From: a phage
Assembly: GCA_024682255.1 (NCBI GenBank)
Contig: GCA_024682255.1_4716.1
Length of the DNA: 64,000 bases
Direction: 5' to 3' (one strand)
Positions 20,390 to 29,864 of this stretch are shown here, piece after piece. Under the pieces are notes generated by a model. That model was not told the DNA's origin. It was given only the letters and a program-made list of their open reading frames with translations, and did no database searches. Position numbers and translations under genes: made by a program. How positions within the stretch are numbered: position 1 is the first letter of the stretch; every line of letters starts with the position of its first letter.

Positions 20390-21028
20390 TTAACCTAATT
20401 TACCACCAGCGATGTTGGTGAAATCTTCGCCATCAGGAACTTGCAGTAGAATACGTGCCATGTCCCAGTTGGTTAATGTAATTGCTTTATCATCGATACT
20501 CAGTTCTGGTAGGTCGAGTTCATGATCATCAAACTCGTAAGAAATACTCCATGTTTCATCTGTTTTAGGATCGGTTATCAACACACCGTCTGTTACACGC
20601 ATGTAGTCCGGATGCAGTTCATTACTGAACGTGCTGAACGGATCGGTGTAACATTCAGCATACCCCTCGATCTGCTGACGCTGTGCCTTCGTACGTAATT
20701 CAGGGCACGCCATGATCAGTTGTCGAGATATGCCGTTTGCAGCACGGAAGTCTTCCACGGTGTTACATGGCATGACCACATCGTCATGGAAGATGTTCTC
20801 CGATTGTCTCAACAGCGTCTTACGGAGTTCAGCATAGTTTATCTGATTGAACGCATCGAACGTTGCTAACGATTCAGCGTAAAAATGCTTTACGTGTTCG
20901 CTTGCGCCGCCGAGGCTATTCATCAGCTTGTGGCCGTACTCCATGAAGCTTTTATCGAGACCGGAGGACATTTCTCCGAACCTCAGTGCACGATAACTGT
21001 CTCGTCCACCTGTAAATATTTGCGCCAT
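20390..21028 (-). CDS. hypothetical protein (212 aa)
   Basis: ORF 15 nt downstream of beta-prime exon 3. Confidence 0.5.
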   Translation of the reverse strand: MAQIFTGGRDSYRALRFGEMSSGLDKSFMEYGHKLMNSLGGASEHVKHFYAESLATFDAFNQINYAELRKTLLRQSENIFHDDVVMPCNTVEDFRAANGISRQLIMACPELRTKAQRQQIEGYAECYTDPFSTFSNELHPDYMRVTDGVLITDPKTDETWSISYEFDDHELDLPELSIDDKAITLTNWDMARILLQVPDGEDFTNIAGGKLG

Positions 21029-21043
21029 TACAGGCGTCCTCCT

Positions 21044-21268
21044 TTAGCAATGGTTGTTAGTTGCTTCTATTTCGTCAAGATACGGTTCTACGTCATCGCC
21101 CTCCACGAATTCGTTGAACCAACAGTCAATGGTAGAAATAACCGGTGACTGGTGTTCACATTTCTTAGATACCTTAAAAGGTACGTTATTATCCATCATA
21201 CCGAGTTCGGGTCGAAAACGCCCGAAATGTTTCGCAGTCCAAATGTCTGGGACGATATGGTTGTTCAT
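21044..21268 (-). CDS. RNA polymerase beta-prime N-terminal subunit, exon 3 (MNNHIVP...; 74 codons)
   Basis: MNNHIVPDIW...GMMDNN aligns with the segment immediately after the catalytic DGD in beta-prime (E. coli DGDQMAVHVPL...LMMSTNN; Rpb1 DGDEMNLHVP). Frame is closed by TAG 3 codons upstream of the annotated ATG, so it cannot be contiguous with exon 1. Proposed 3' splice site after G21269; alternative after G21281. Confidence 0.55.
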   Translation of the reverse strand: MNNHIVPDIWTAKHFGRFRPELGMMDNNVPFKVSKKCEHQSPVISTIDCWFNEFVEGDDVEPYLDEIEATNNHC

Positions 21269-21623
21269 CGTGGTGTTCAGCATGAGTCGCTACCTCATAC
21301 CCGCAGCTTTACCTGCAGCTTCCGGTGTTACCGGAATGTCCAGAATACATCTTATCCATATTCCAAATGGAACGTAGGACTTCCGCGCTGGATCTCGCTT
21401 GAGACCACGTATTCGTTGAACGTTCTCCTGAACGGAGCTTCGCTGCTGATCGAACATTGTCACGTACGGTAGGCGTCCCCGAAGGGATTGTCATTGAAGC
21501 CGCGTACATCCGCTACCTTGTTTCTACCTTATCGGTTCCTCTTACGAGGCGTAGCGGCCTTAGCCCTTCCCAGCAATTCACGGAATCCAAGCTCTTCCTT
21601 TCGGAAGGCAGGGCCTATGATTA
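21269..21623 (-). ncRNA. group I intron B (ORF-less, about 355 nt) in beta-prime gene
   Basis: Minus-strand core elements in canonical order: P GAATTGCTGGGAAG (21566-21579), Q GATCAGCAGCGAAGC (21437-21451; P4 TTGCTG/CAGCAG), R GTTCAACGAATACG (21408-21421), S AAGATGTATTCTGG (21340-21353; P7 GAATAC/GTATTC); ends in G. Its 5' guide (P1) pairing was not identified, so boundaries are provisional. Confidence 0.5.
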
Positions 21624-21636
21624 AGCGTCACCGTCG
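21624..21636 (-). CDS. RNA polymerase beta-prime N-terminal subunit, 13-nt mini-exon encoding (F)DGDA
   Basis: Minus-strand cgacggtgacgct lies 8 nt after the HNH stop; first 6 nt CGACGG pair with intron A guide CCGTCG (P10); joined to exon 1 it restores YNADF-DGD; genomic continuation is GCT TAA (stop), so a second splice is required. Confidence 0.5.
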
Positions 21637-23051
21637 CTGTAGTTTAATTTGGTCGAACGTATTCCAATTTCAATCCATGCCAATTACCGCCTTTACTAAT
21701 AGCGGTACTTATCGTAGTCGGATGTACTTTATGTTCTTCAGCAAGGGCGAATCTATCAGGATAGACTTTATGTGTACCATCCTCAAACACCACCTTTACT
21801 GGGAACCTTTGTAATCCACCAGTTTTTGGTCTAGGCTCTTTAGGAATATATTTACACTCGTTCACATCACCAGGATAATTCCTTGTCCACCATGCTTTCC
21901 AACCGTTTCTGGAAAACGTCTTATCTCCATGACATAAGCTATGGCTTAATGTCGCATAACTCACTCCCGCCATTGTTGCCGCCATTACGGTACTTTCCAT
22001 GTGGTACTTGTCTCCATCGGGCGATATTAAAACCAGCCCGCCGTAAATAACATACGACTTACCGACGTCTTCGGATGTGAAACCAACAAATTCCATTCCA
22101 TGGGTAGCCGCATCGTAATACTTCATCAACGGCCATTGTCGTGTTGTACGGAACCATTTTGAAATCTGGGTGTGTGGGATACCGTAACACTTGGCTGCAT
22201 CACGCATGCTGTAATGTTCGGTTATCTCACCAGTTCTCAAATCCTTTATCCATACGGTTTTAGCTTTCCAGTTCAAGCCGGTACGATAGGCATGGTACGT
22301 ATTTTGGGATTGACTTGTCCATTCAAGATTATCCAGGCGGTTGTTATCTTTAACTCCATCAAGATGGTTACCTACTAACATTGATCCCTCAGGAAGCATA
22401 GGTTTTTCACGAAAGGTTGATAGAACAACATGATGAGCTGCTATATCTCTACCTTCATGTCTAACCCTTACATATCCGAATATGTTAGTTTTTCCTACTT
22501 CCTCTCCAGTATAGGCATCTATAATGACACCCTCCTCGGAAGCGGCAAGTCCTGGATAATCTTTACAGTGGTAAAATCCTGGGAATTTTGTCTCTCTAAG
22601 TTTCATCTTCTCTCCGTTATCGGCCAACAGAGAGAAAACGTTCCTCGGAGGCCGACGTTTTCAAATTAAACTATGTTATCGACTATATCTTCATCCTCAT
22701 TGCGAGGAGACTCTCGTTTGGGTTTGTGTTTAACAAAGCCTACTCTACTCAACATCGCGTCTTTCGATAGTCTGTGAGCACACATCTTAACGAATATTCG
22801 TAGATTCCTACAGGCAGGTGAATATTCTTGTTGAGATGCTTCGCTGCGGATTATTCCCGTCCTACCTCTTTTACCATACCCAGGTCATTACGCTGGCCCT
22901 CATCTATGTCACCATGATGAGTTGGTGTGTAGTCCGATTACAGAAACTTCCCGTCAATTAGAGAGTTTTAACTATGCTCCTGTTACCAGGAACCCGACTC
23001 CGACGGCATCAATAAATCAACGTAAGTTATTGATTTAATTGAAGAAATTGG
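21637..23051 (-). mobile_element. group I intron A (about 1.4 kb) carrying an HNH homing endonuclease gene, inserted in the beta-prime NADFDGD codons
   Basis: Minus strand: guide CCGTCG-GAGTCGG (23006-22994) pairs with exon 1 end CCGACTT (P1, U-G at splice site) and exon 2 start CGACGG (P10); P2 hairpin TCCTGGTAACAGGA; P TAATTGACGGGAAG (22947-22960); Q AATCCGCAGC (22843-22852; P4 with bulged A); R GCTCACAGACTAT (22767-22779); S AAGATATAGTC (22681-22691; P7 GACTA/TAGTC); HEG in 3' extension; terminal G at 21637. Confidence 0.8.
21644..22627 (-). CDS. HNH homing endonuclease (intron-encoded)
   Basis: 327-aa ORF; HNH motif HHVVL...VGNHLDGVKDNNRLDNLEW; sits between intron A core and 3' splice site; annotated start is TTG, first ATG 21 nt downstream (MKLRETK...). 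Confidence 0.8.
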   Translation of the reverse strand: MADNGEKMKLRETKFPGFYHCKDYPGLAASEEGVIIDAYTGEEVGKTNIFGYVRVRHEGRDIAAHHVVLSTFREKPMLPEGSMLVGNHLDGVKDNNRLDNLEWTSQSQNTYHAYRTGLNWKAKTVWIKDLRTGEITEHYSMRDAAKCYGIPHTQISKWFRTTRQWPLMKYYDAATHGMEFVGFTSEDVGKSYVIYGGLVLISPDGDKYHMESTVMAATMAGVSYATLSHSLCHGDKTFSRNGWKAWWTRNYPGDVNECKYIPKEPRPKTGGLQRFPVKVVFEDGTHKVYPDRFALAEEHKVHPTTISTAISKGGNWHGLKLEYVRPN

Positions 23052-24307
23052 AAGTCGGCATTGTAGCCTTTCAAGATCATCACGCTTAACCCGATGGTGT
23101 TATCCTGCGGATCGCGTTTAACCTTGGTGATTTCAAGACATTGGTTACTGCTTCGGTCAAGTGATGGGTTTCGAACAAAGCCGCACACAATCCCATCGAA
23201 CGGTGTATCAGCAATAAGCTCATCATGCAGCTCACTCATCATCGGATGATAATTACGGACATGTTCCGCAACGAACGCACGTGCTGCTCTTGGTGAATAA
23301 CCACGATGGAATAACTTGGATTGGATATGTTCTTTATTGGTTAAAGTAAATGGCGCGTATGGGAAATGCAGATGATAATAACGATGGTTCGCTGTTATCG
23401 AACTGATTACGGTACGCGTGGTGAATGGATGTAATGTACCTAATATGTTTTTACGTGTGATACCTTTCTTCTTACCGATGAACTCATCGAAAATAGCTGC
23501 GTGGTATTGCAGCAGCTTCAATTGCACTTTCGCCATCCAGTTTTCTTTCTTTCTGGCGCTCAAAGGTGTTGTTGGATGATAGATGCTATTCAGTGTACCA
23601 ATAGCATCGATCGCACCTTCCATTTTGCTATCCGCATAACGACCGGTTGGCGTATTCTCGATAACGAACATCATGGCTGCAGGAAAGCTGATATACTGAC
23701 TGAAGAACTTATCACGATGGATACGGATGAATTCTCGTAGCGTGTCAACTTTCTCCGTGTTCTTCGGTCCACGTAACGTCGGTCCTTTATACAAGATCTC
23801 CATGATGCGATCGAAGTTCTGTATAAAGCTATTTACGCCGCGACGTATCCCGAATACATCGAATTGCTGCTCCAGATAGTTCTTGAGTTCGATGGGTCGT
23901 TTTACATTTGGACGGTAACTGGCATCAATGAGCCACGTCATCGTTTCAAAGCTTTTGATATTCAACTCGCTTGCCAGCACGAGATGGACCAACGGGTTAA
24001 TGAACGCATCGATTCCTTCAGGAACACGCGCCCACACCGTCGAACGAATCTCTTGTTCTGCTGGGTAGGTTACAACCGTTTTACAGTTCGGACACACCGT
24101 GCCGAGCAGCTCACCACGATTGTAGAAACCGCAACCACATTGTGGTGTGATATCCAACGTATCGCTGGAGTAAACACGGGTGATGAAACTGTTTAATTTC
24201 TTCTTCTCTTCGACGACTTTTGTATCGTAATCATTCAACAAAATCGGCGTAAAAGGAAGTTCTGCGAGCTGTCTATCGAAACTCACGATATCGAGCATGA
24301 TGGCCAT
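23052..24307 (-). CDS. RNA polymerase beta-prime N-terminal subunit, exon 1
   Basis: ATG at 24307 with AGGAGA RBS; Zn finger CGCGFYNRGELLGTVCPNCK (like beta-prime Cys70-88); RNPSLDRSSNQ ~ NRAPTLHRLGIQ; ORF runs ...MILKGYNADF then QFLQLNQ-stop, truncating the universal NADFDGD motif; exon taken to end after the TT of the Phe codon (23052). Confidence 0.75.
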
Positions 24308-24348
24308 GGGGTATCTCCTACAAATGAAAAAGAACGTTAGGACGTATA

Positions 24349-24372
24349 AGGGAGGGAGGTTGCCCTCCCTCC
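24349..24372 (-). terminator. hairpin between chimallin-like gene and beta-prime gene (terminator/attenuator)
   Basis: GGGAGGGAGG ... CCTCCCTCCC stem; T-rich stretch downstream on minus strand. Confidence 0.4.
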
Positions 24373-24399
24373 CGTCAGATTACATCGAACGTTCTTCCA

Positions 24400-26295
24400 T
24401 TAGAACAGGTTGAATGCCCCACCCATGTTGTTAACGCCAACATTCGGACGATCGCTACGTGCGTAGATGTTACCGGAGATGTTACCCAGACCACGAGCAC
24501 GTGCTGCCATGTTACCACGAACAGCGGTACCTGCCAGGTGCTGGATGTTCTCAGGACGGATGGTGAAGCCAGCATCAGCCGCAGCTTCGATCAGCGCCTG
24601 CAGTGCTAACGGATCGAAGTCGTAACGCATTGCCCAGCCGGTTTGTTCCCAGCTACCAGACAGAACACGATCAATGATTTCGTGACGAGCGACAACACGC
24701 TGAGACATCGTCATATCGGTACGGTCGAAGCTGTCTTCCCAAGCTTCTACGGTATCCGGGTTAGTGATGTTCATCATGTACAGATCGTCCATATCACGAA
24801 TATCGTGACGGTGACCATCCTGGTGGTTGTAGTAACCCAGCGGGATACGGTTACCGGTAGCGTAGACCAGCGGTTGGCCGTATTGATATTTCTTGCTGAA
24901 GCAACCCAGGGTAGTATCATCGAATGCACGGAAGAGGGCTTTGTAACCTTCGGAGATTTCTTGAACTTTACCGTCAACGTTGCCCGTATAGATCTTCTCA
25001 GCCGCCGGGATCATACGCAGCAGCCAGCTATACTCGCCTTCTTCCGGTACGTCGATAGAAATCAGCAGAGACGGATACAGAACCTGTTGCAGGAACTTGT
25101 AAATCTGCTCGTTGGTTTGCGTAGACAGATCCAGCGGTGCAGTCACTTCAGGATCCAGCACCATCGCCAGAGCACCTGGGTTATGCGGACCAATACCACG
25201 AGCCGCGTTGCTGATTAAAGACTGTGCCCATGCCATGCCGCTGTTCAGCGTAGCGATGGTACCAATCAGACCCAGCACGAAGCTGTTCGGTGTGAACGCA
25301 TCCAGCTCCAGCGGGTAAACGCTGGTCATCACGTAACGCGGCTGGTATTGTACAGTCGGCGGTACCGGATAGCCGTTAACCAGAACAGGGCCTTGGTTGA
25401 AGGTCGGGTTCTGCGGGCTGTAGGTCAGGTCAATGTAACCGGTGGTGGCGACCAGACGCTGTTGACTATCGTAATCGCTCATCGCTTGACGGATGCGGTT
25501 AGAGATAGTTACAGTGATGTCAGAACGCACAGGGTTACCAACAATATCGCTGTCCTGCATACCGCTGGTGTTGTACTGAACGCTGCTGATTGGCTGATCG
25601 CTTGCCATCATGCCCAGGTTGAACTGCGGCAGACCCAGTTTATCACCGAGACGGATTTCGATCGCGGTTTGGATTGCGTTATCTGCAGCAGACAGCAGGG
25701 TGGTTGCCAGATGCGCAGATTCAGCGGTGATTTCATTGGTCACCACAGCCAGACCAGCGATACGAACAGTACCGTTAGACTTACCGCCAATAGCTGAGTA
25801 CATTGCCGCCATGACTTCGTTGATGAACGTACCGTTCAGGTTATCAACCCAGGTACGCGGTACCAGAATGTTACCATGCGGACCTTGTTCTTCACGACGC
25901 GGCAGCGGAGCCAGACCAGCAACCAGCGGCAGGACGTAACCGAAGAAGTGGTTATGATCACCAACTTTTGCACCGCTCATAACAACCAGGGTCGGATACG
26001 GTACGCTGTACTGGTTCGGGTCAACCGCAACAAAGATGAAGTCGTCTTTGAACTGGGTATCTTCCAGATATTTCTCCATCAGACGACGGAGATTCAGTAC
26101 CTGCTCGGAGCCGGTATTACGGCTGATACGACGGCTCAGTGTACGGTTGATCGTACGCATCGTATGAGTTACTTTAGGACGGTCGGCAAAATCTGCAGCG
26201 GTTTCCAGCGCCTCATCAGCACGTTGTGCGGTGCGGGTTTCAGCTGCACGAATTTCTACATTATCGTTACCGTTATTACGTACGTCTAAGCCCAT
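24400..26295 (-). CDS. abundant early protein; candidate phage-nucleus shell protein (chimallin-like)
   Basis: 631 aa; ATG with AAGAGGA RBS; strongly biased codon usage (CGT/GGT/CTG/AAC) typical of highly expressed genes; TATATTAC early-promoter motif about 72 nt upstream; immediately upstream of beta-prime N gene. Assignment rests on size and context only. Confidence 0.45.
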   Translation of the reverse strand: MGLDVRNNGNDNVEIRAAETRTAQRADEALETAADFADRPKVTHTMRTINRTLSRRISRNTGSEQVLNLRRLMEKYLEDTQFKDDFIFVAVDPNQYSVPYPTLVVMSGAKVGDHNHFFGYVLPLVAGLAPLPRREEQGPHGNILVPRTWVDNLNGTFINEVMAAMYSAIGGKSNGTVRIAGLAVVTNEITAESAHLATTLLSAADNAIQTAIEIRLGDKLGLPQFNLGMMASDQPISSVQYNTSGMQDSDIVGNPVRSDITVTISNRIRQAMSDYDSQQRLVATTGYIDLTYSPQNPTFNQGPVLVNGYPVPPTVQYQPRYVMTSVYPLELDAFTPNSFVLGLIGTIATLNSGMAWAQSLISNAARGIGPHNPGALAMVLDPEVTAPLDLSTQTNEQIYKFLQQVLYPSLLISIDVPEEGEYSWLLRMIPAAEKIYTGNVDGKVQEISEGYKALFRAFDDTTLGCFSKKYQYGQPLVYATGNRIPLGYYNHQDGHRHDIRDMDDLYMMNITNPDTVEAWEDSFDRTDMTMSQRVVARHEIIDRVLSGSWEQTGWAMRYDFDPLALQALIEAAADAGFTIRPENIQHLAGTAVRGNMAARARGLGNISGNIYARSDRPNVGVNNMGGAFNLF

Positions 26296-26359
26296 TTGGG
26301 ATTCCTCTTTTCTTAAACTTTATTAAATGACGTCATTGAATCAGCTTCTACTCGCTCAT

Positions 26360-26377
26360 TCACCTAGGTAATATAAC
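26360..26377 (-). promoter_or_regulatory. putative phage early promoter (TATATTAC core) upstream of chimallin-like gene
   Basis: Minus-strand GGTTATATTACCTAGGTG about 72 nt upstream of ATG 26295. Confidence 0.45.
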
Positions 26378-26549
26378 CCTGAAATTTTTTTCAATATTGG
26401 TGTAACCACATTGAACGATATAAACCCCTAGGCGAACGCTGCCGAGAAGCAACATTCTTTCTACATATAATCAGGATATGTCTGTAAACTTTTACTTCTC
26501 TTATTGAGAGTAAAGTCATATCCGTTTACCATCTTCTTACGGAGTTCGT

Positions 26550-27644
26550 ATGTTTCGTGTTTTAAATAACCTCCCGCGAACATCATCGGGTGTGCAACCC
26601 GTCCCTCAGAATGACTATCTAATACGCGAAGTTCAAAGAAACCTACAGACAATCCAGAACCACTATCAAGGTTTTACCTTCGCGGTTCAGAGCGATCACA
26701 TCCTTGCGTTGCTGCTTGCACAGCTCCCTATGAGATACGACATCTCAGTACAAACTTACTACGACATGATTCTCGATCTTACCCCAGAATTGGGTAATCG
26801 TGTCAAGTTGACAACATCAAGATACGCGGGTAAGTTATTCGACGGTGCTTTCTATCCGGGATTGCACGAAGCTATTATTGCAACCGGTGAAAGTCGTCTT
26901 ATTTCACGTGACATTCTTGACAACTGGCGTAATTGGTCACCAGTTAGAATCGTGACGCATCCATACGCAAATCTTCGTTACATTCCTCTTCACCGAAAGC
27001 AGGTTGAAGATGGACGAGGTTTTGCGGTCATTATGGTTGATGTACCTTTATTAGCGCTACAGTATCGAATGTGGTCTTTGGTCATGGGACATAACGTCGA
27101 CGGCAAATGGGTGGTTAAAGAACCGGTTACAAGCTTCCTTGCGAGTTTTCCGTTGGTTAACGCATTATACTCACACAACGATGTTGTTATACGCAATCGT
27201 TGTTTGTGGGTATCTCCGGCTAAGAATCCACTCAAATCACCAATTTACGTTAACGACCTTGATAACGTATTCAGCCAAGTCGTTCTGTCCGTACAGCATC
27301 ATTTATTACGAAGAAGACGAAGCTACACCGATATGCTTAAACAGATGCCGAGTTTATACGGTGATCAGTACCAAGCAACCCGAATGGGCTACACCGTCGA
27401 TCTTCGACAAACCCGATGGGCAAGGGATCTGGGTTGTCTGTCGTTATGGCAACAACTCGTCACATTGCAAAACGTATCTGAAAGCGTCGGATTCAGCAGC
27501 CAAATCGATAATGACCTGTACCGTGCTGCCGACCGGAGTCTAAAAGAAGGTAACTGGGAATCCTCTCCATTACCTGGCGATTTAAGACGTGAAGTTATTG
27601 CGCAGGTTGCCGACCTCTTAAAAATTCTTCCTGCTGGTGCATAA
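26550..27644 (+). CDS. hypothetical protein (364 aa)
   Basis: Plus-strand ORF divergent from the chimallin-like gene. Confidence 0.5.
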   Translation: MFRVLNNLPRTSSGVQPVPQNDYLIREVQRNLQTIQNHYQGFTFAVQSDHILALLLAQLPMRYDISVQTYYDMILDLTPELGNRVKLTTSRYAGKLFDGAFYPGLHEAIIATGESRLISRDILDNWRNWSPVRIVTHPYANLRYIPLHRKQVEDGRGFAVIMVDVPLLALQYRMWSLVMGHNVDGKWVVKEPVTSFLASFPLVNALYSHNDVVIRNRCLWVSPAKNPLKSPIYVNDLDNVFSQVVLSVQHHLLRRRRSYTDMLKQMPSLYGDQYQATRMGYTVDLRQTRWARDLGCLSLWQQLVTLQNVSESVGFSSQIDNDLYRAADRSLKEGNWESSPLPGDLRREVIAQVADLLKILPAGA

Positions 27645-27710
27645 TCACCTCCCTCTTCCCTTGCATCCTCCCAACCCGTAAGGGAAGGGAGGATGGGGTG
27701 GTGGATTATG

Positions 27711-29864
27711 TTACTCTGCGGTTTCTTGCTTCGGTAAATAACTTGCTGCGATGTCTTGGGCTAACAATGTATTGTTTTTATTCGAGATGAAAATACCGTA
27801 ACTTTCCATTAACGCGTAATACGAACGAACGAGCGTAGAGATCAATCGACGAATATCCATACCTTGAATAAAGATATCAGGAAGCCCGGAGGCTTCGATC
27901 ACCGGTAATGGTATCGTTAAGTTGCTTATCGTTTTCTTATCGTTACGTACAATCCAATCACGGAAACGTTGTTGTAACCCTTTATCCTCCCAGGAATCAA
28001 TCCAATCGTTAAGAAGCGTTTTGTTCTTCGTCGCCAACGGCACACGAACCCCAACATAGGGTGGTTCCTGGCAATGACCGTACGATTGAGCAAACACCTC
28101 TTCCCACATATCGTAAGACTGTTTCGTTACTGCAACATGCGGTTTCACTTTAACACGCGTTAAGAAATCAGGATCGCCTCGTTTCATGGACTCAACGATT
28201 TCGTTTTCTAACGAGATAATATCATCAAGAACCAATCGAATGCTGATCTTCTCATTACGTAACAGCTTATCCATGATACCACACATCATGCGTTCAACAC
28301 GTTTGACGATCATTTTTGGTGCTGACGCATCGCGCATAACCGGACCTTTCAATTCCAGCTTCGGTGGATTGATAGGAACCCCTTCACGCATGGTCATGTA
28401 ACCGTAATAGTTTTTACCCATCGAGGTTAACGACAGAATCAAGAACATATATTCGTTCTTCATTTCCATTACGTACATATGCTCTTTCGCCACACCGATA
28501 TTACCAGAACACATCGCCATCAGATGAACCGTAATCTGCGTAACCAGATAGATAAGCGTGTTTGCTAAGCGCGTCGAAACTGGATTGATCTCCATATTTC
28601 CAAATCGCCACTGAACCCACTCCTGGCAGGTAAACACCGTCGAGTCGGTATCAGACAACACACCCACTTCACGGATTGCTGATGGAAAAGCATAAACACC
28701 AGCCGGTTGATTCTCGGTACGCCAGAACGCCATAATCAAATCAGCGTAGCTTTGGATACGCTGTAGCATTAATTTTGTCGTTGCTGCGGTAAGACGATAA
28801 CCAAGTTCATTTCCTTTTTCTAGCGCTACGTAAATCGCTTCCCCGTTCAAGAACTCCGTGCATTGTGCTGTAATCCAAGCAACCGTGTTGTTATCCATGG
28901 AAGCAATAATGGCTTTAGCCTCTTCCATCGTTTCAACAGGTTCGGATGCCAGTTCACATAACGAGTCAAGAAAATCTCGAACAAATTCAGGATTAAGCTC
29001 ACGTAACGAGTACAGGTTATTGCTGTACATGTAGCAGGCGCGTTCCAGCGGGGTTAAACCGGTAATTAGCTCCCGGATAGTCAGTTCTTTCTCCGGGTCG
29101 AAAGTATATCGATGCAAGCATTTCGATACGTTAGCCCAAACCTCTTCCGGCGTAGGGTAATGCAGTTTGTATTTTACCATTACCTGCTCAATGGCTTTAC
29201 GATCGCTGTTGCGGACAATACTCACGATGTTTTCAATTGCGATATCACAATCGTAATAATGGAAATTGCCCGCAAGGAAGCGTTCGTTGTTCGCATTGGC
29301 TGAACCTGAAGCACAGCGACACGTTGTCGTTAAGCTTGGATGCGCAATCGGATTATAAAAAGGGTTGAACTTGGACGCTTGGGTTCCTGACAAGCTGTTG
29401 TTGTCTAACTTGGTATTGGTTTGTCGTTTATCGTGTAACTCCGCTTCGTCTTTACGTCCATGCGCTTGCGCTATCGACATTTGTTTCTTTTGTTTCTTAC
29501 GCAACTTACCGTTTTCAACCGCAAAGTCGCTTAGCACACTGGAGCGTGTCTCACGTGGATAACAGTTAGCCCACACCGGCGTGATAATTAAATTATTTTC
29601 TTTAATATCGTTGAAGTATTGGCTGAACTTGATGACTTCTTTTTCTCGATTTCCTTCGGTACGCTGTGTTAATACAAGGCAGTCGGGATCAACCATCCCG
29701 TATTTTCCACCAGGACGAACCGTTTCAAGAACAAACTGCAACGCTTCCTGCTGAGATATCCCACGCATGCGCATTAAGAACAGGGTATAATCCTGTACCG
29801 CTTCTTTGGTCATATCCAACGTACGACCATATCCGTTTTCATCGTAAAAGAACGGATTTTCCAT
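27711..29864 (-). CDS. hypothetical protein (717 aa)
   Basis: Long ORF; contains SDTDS and KNYYGY strings but not in a recognisable polymerase motif order. Confidence 0.55.
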   Translation of the reverse strand: MENPFFYDENGYGRTLDMTKEAVQDYTLFLMRMRGISQQEALQFVLETVRPGGKYGMVDPDCLVLTQRTEGNREKEVIKFSQYFNDIKENNLIITPVWANCYPRETRSSVLSDFAVENGKLRKKQKKQMSIAQAHGRKDEAELHDKRQTNTKLDNNSLSGTQASKFNPFYNPIAHPSLTTTCRCASGSANANNERFLAGNFHYYDCDIAIENIVSIVRNSDRKAIEQVMVKYKLHYPTPEEVWANVSKCLHRYTFDPEKELTIRELITGLTPLERACYMYSNNLYSLRELNPEFVRDFLDSLCELASEPVETMEEAKAIIASMDNNTVAWITAQCTEFLNGEAIYVALEKGNELGYRLTAATTKLMLQRIQSYADLIMAFWRTENQPAGVYAFPSAIREVGVLSDTDSTVFTCQEWVQWRFGNMEINPVSTRLANTLIYLVTQITVHLMAMCSGNIGVAKEHMYVMEMKNEYMFLILSLTSMGKNYYGYMTMREGVPINPPKLELKGPVMRDASAPKMIVKRVERMMCGIMDKLLRNEKISIRLVLDDIISLENEIVESMKRGDPDFLTRVKVKPHVAVTKQSYDMWEEVFAQSYGHCQEPPYVGVRVPLATKNKTLLNDWIDSWEDKGLQQRFRDWIVRNDKKTISNLTIPLPVIEASGLPDIFIQGMDIRRLISTLVRSYYALMESYGIFISNKNNTLLAQDIAASYLPKQETAE

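Noticed and set aside
21044-21283. 79-aa ORF MLNTTMNNH... as an independent small gene
   Set aside because: It is homologous to the beta-prime segment immediately after DGD and is preceded by a group I core; better explained as exon 3, with the ATG at 21283 likely intronic
21269-23051. Group II intron (an ACCGTACGTG string resembles part of domain V)
   Set aside because: No reverse transcriptase ORF and no full domain V consensus; group I P/Q/R/S elements and P1/P10 guide pairing are present instead
21044-24307. Intein (protein splicing) as the cause of the split beta-prime gene
   Set aside because: The reading frame is broken by stop codons and the insert encodes a free-standing HNH ORF plus RNA core elements; an intein would be in-frame
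27711-29864. DNA polymerase call for the 717-aa ORF, based on SDTDS resembling family-B motif C
   Set aside because: The candidate motif-B-like string lies after, not before, the DTDS, and no motif A was seen; left as hypothetical
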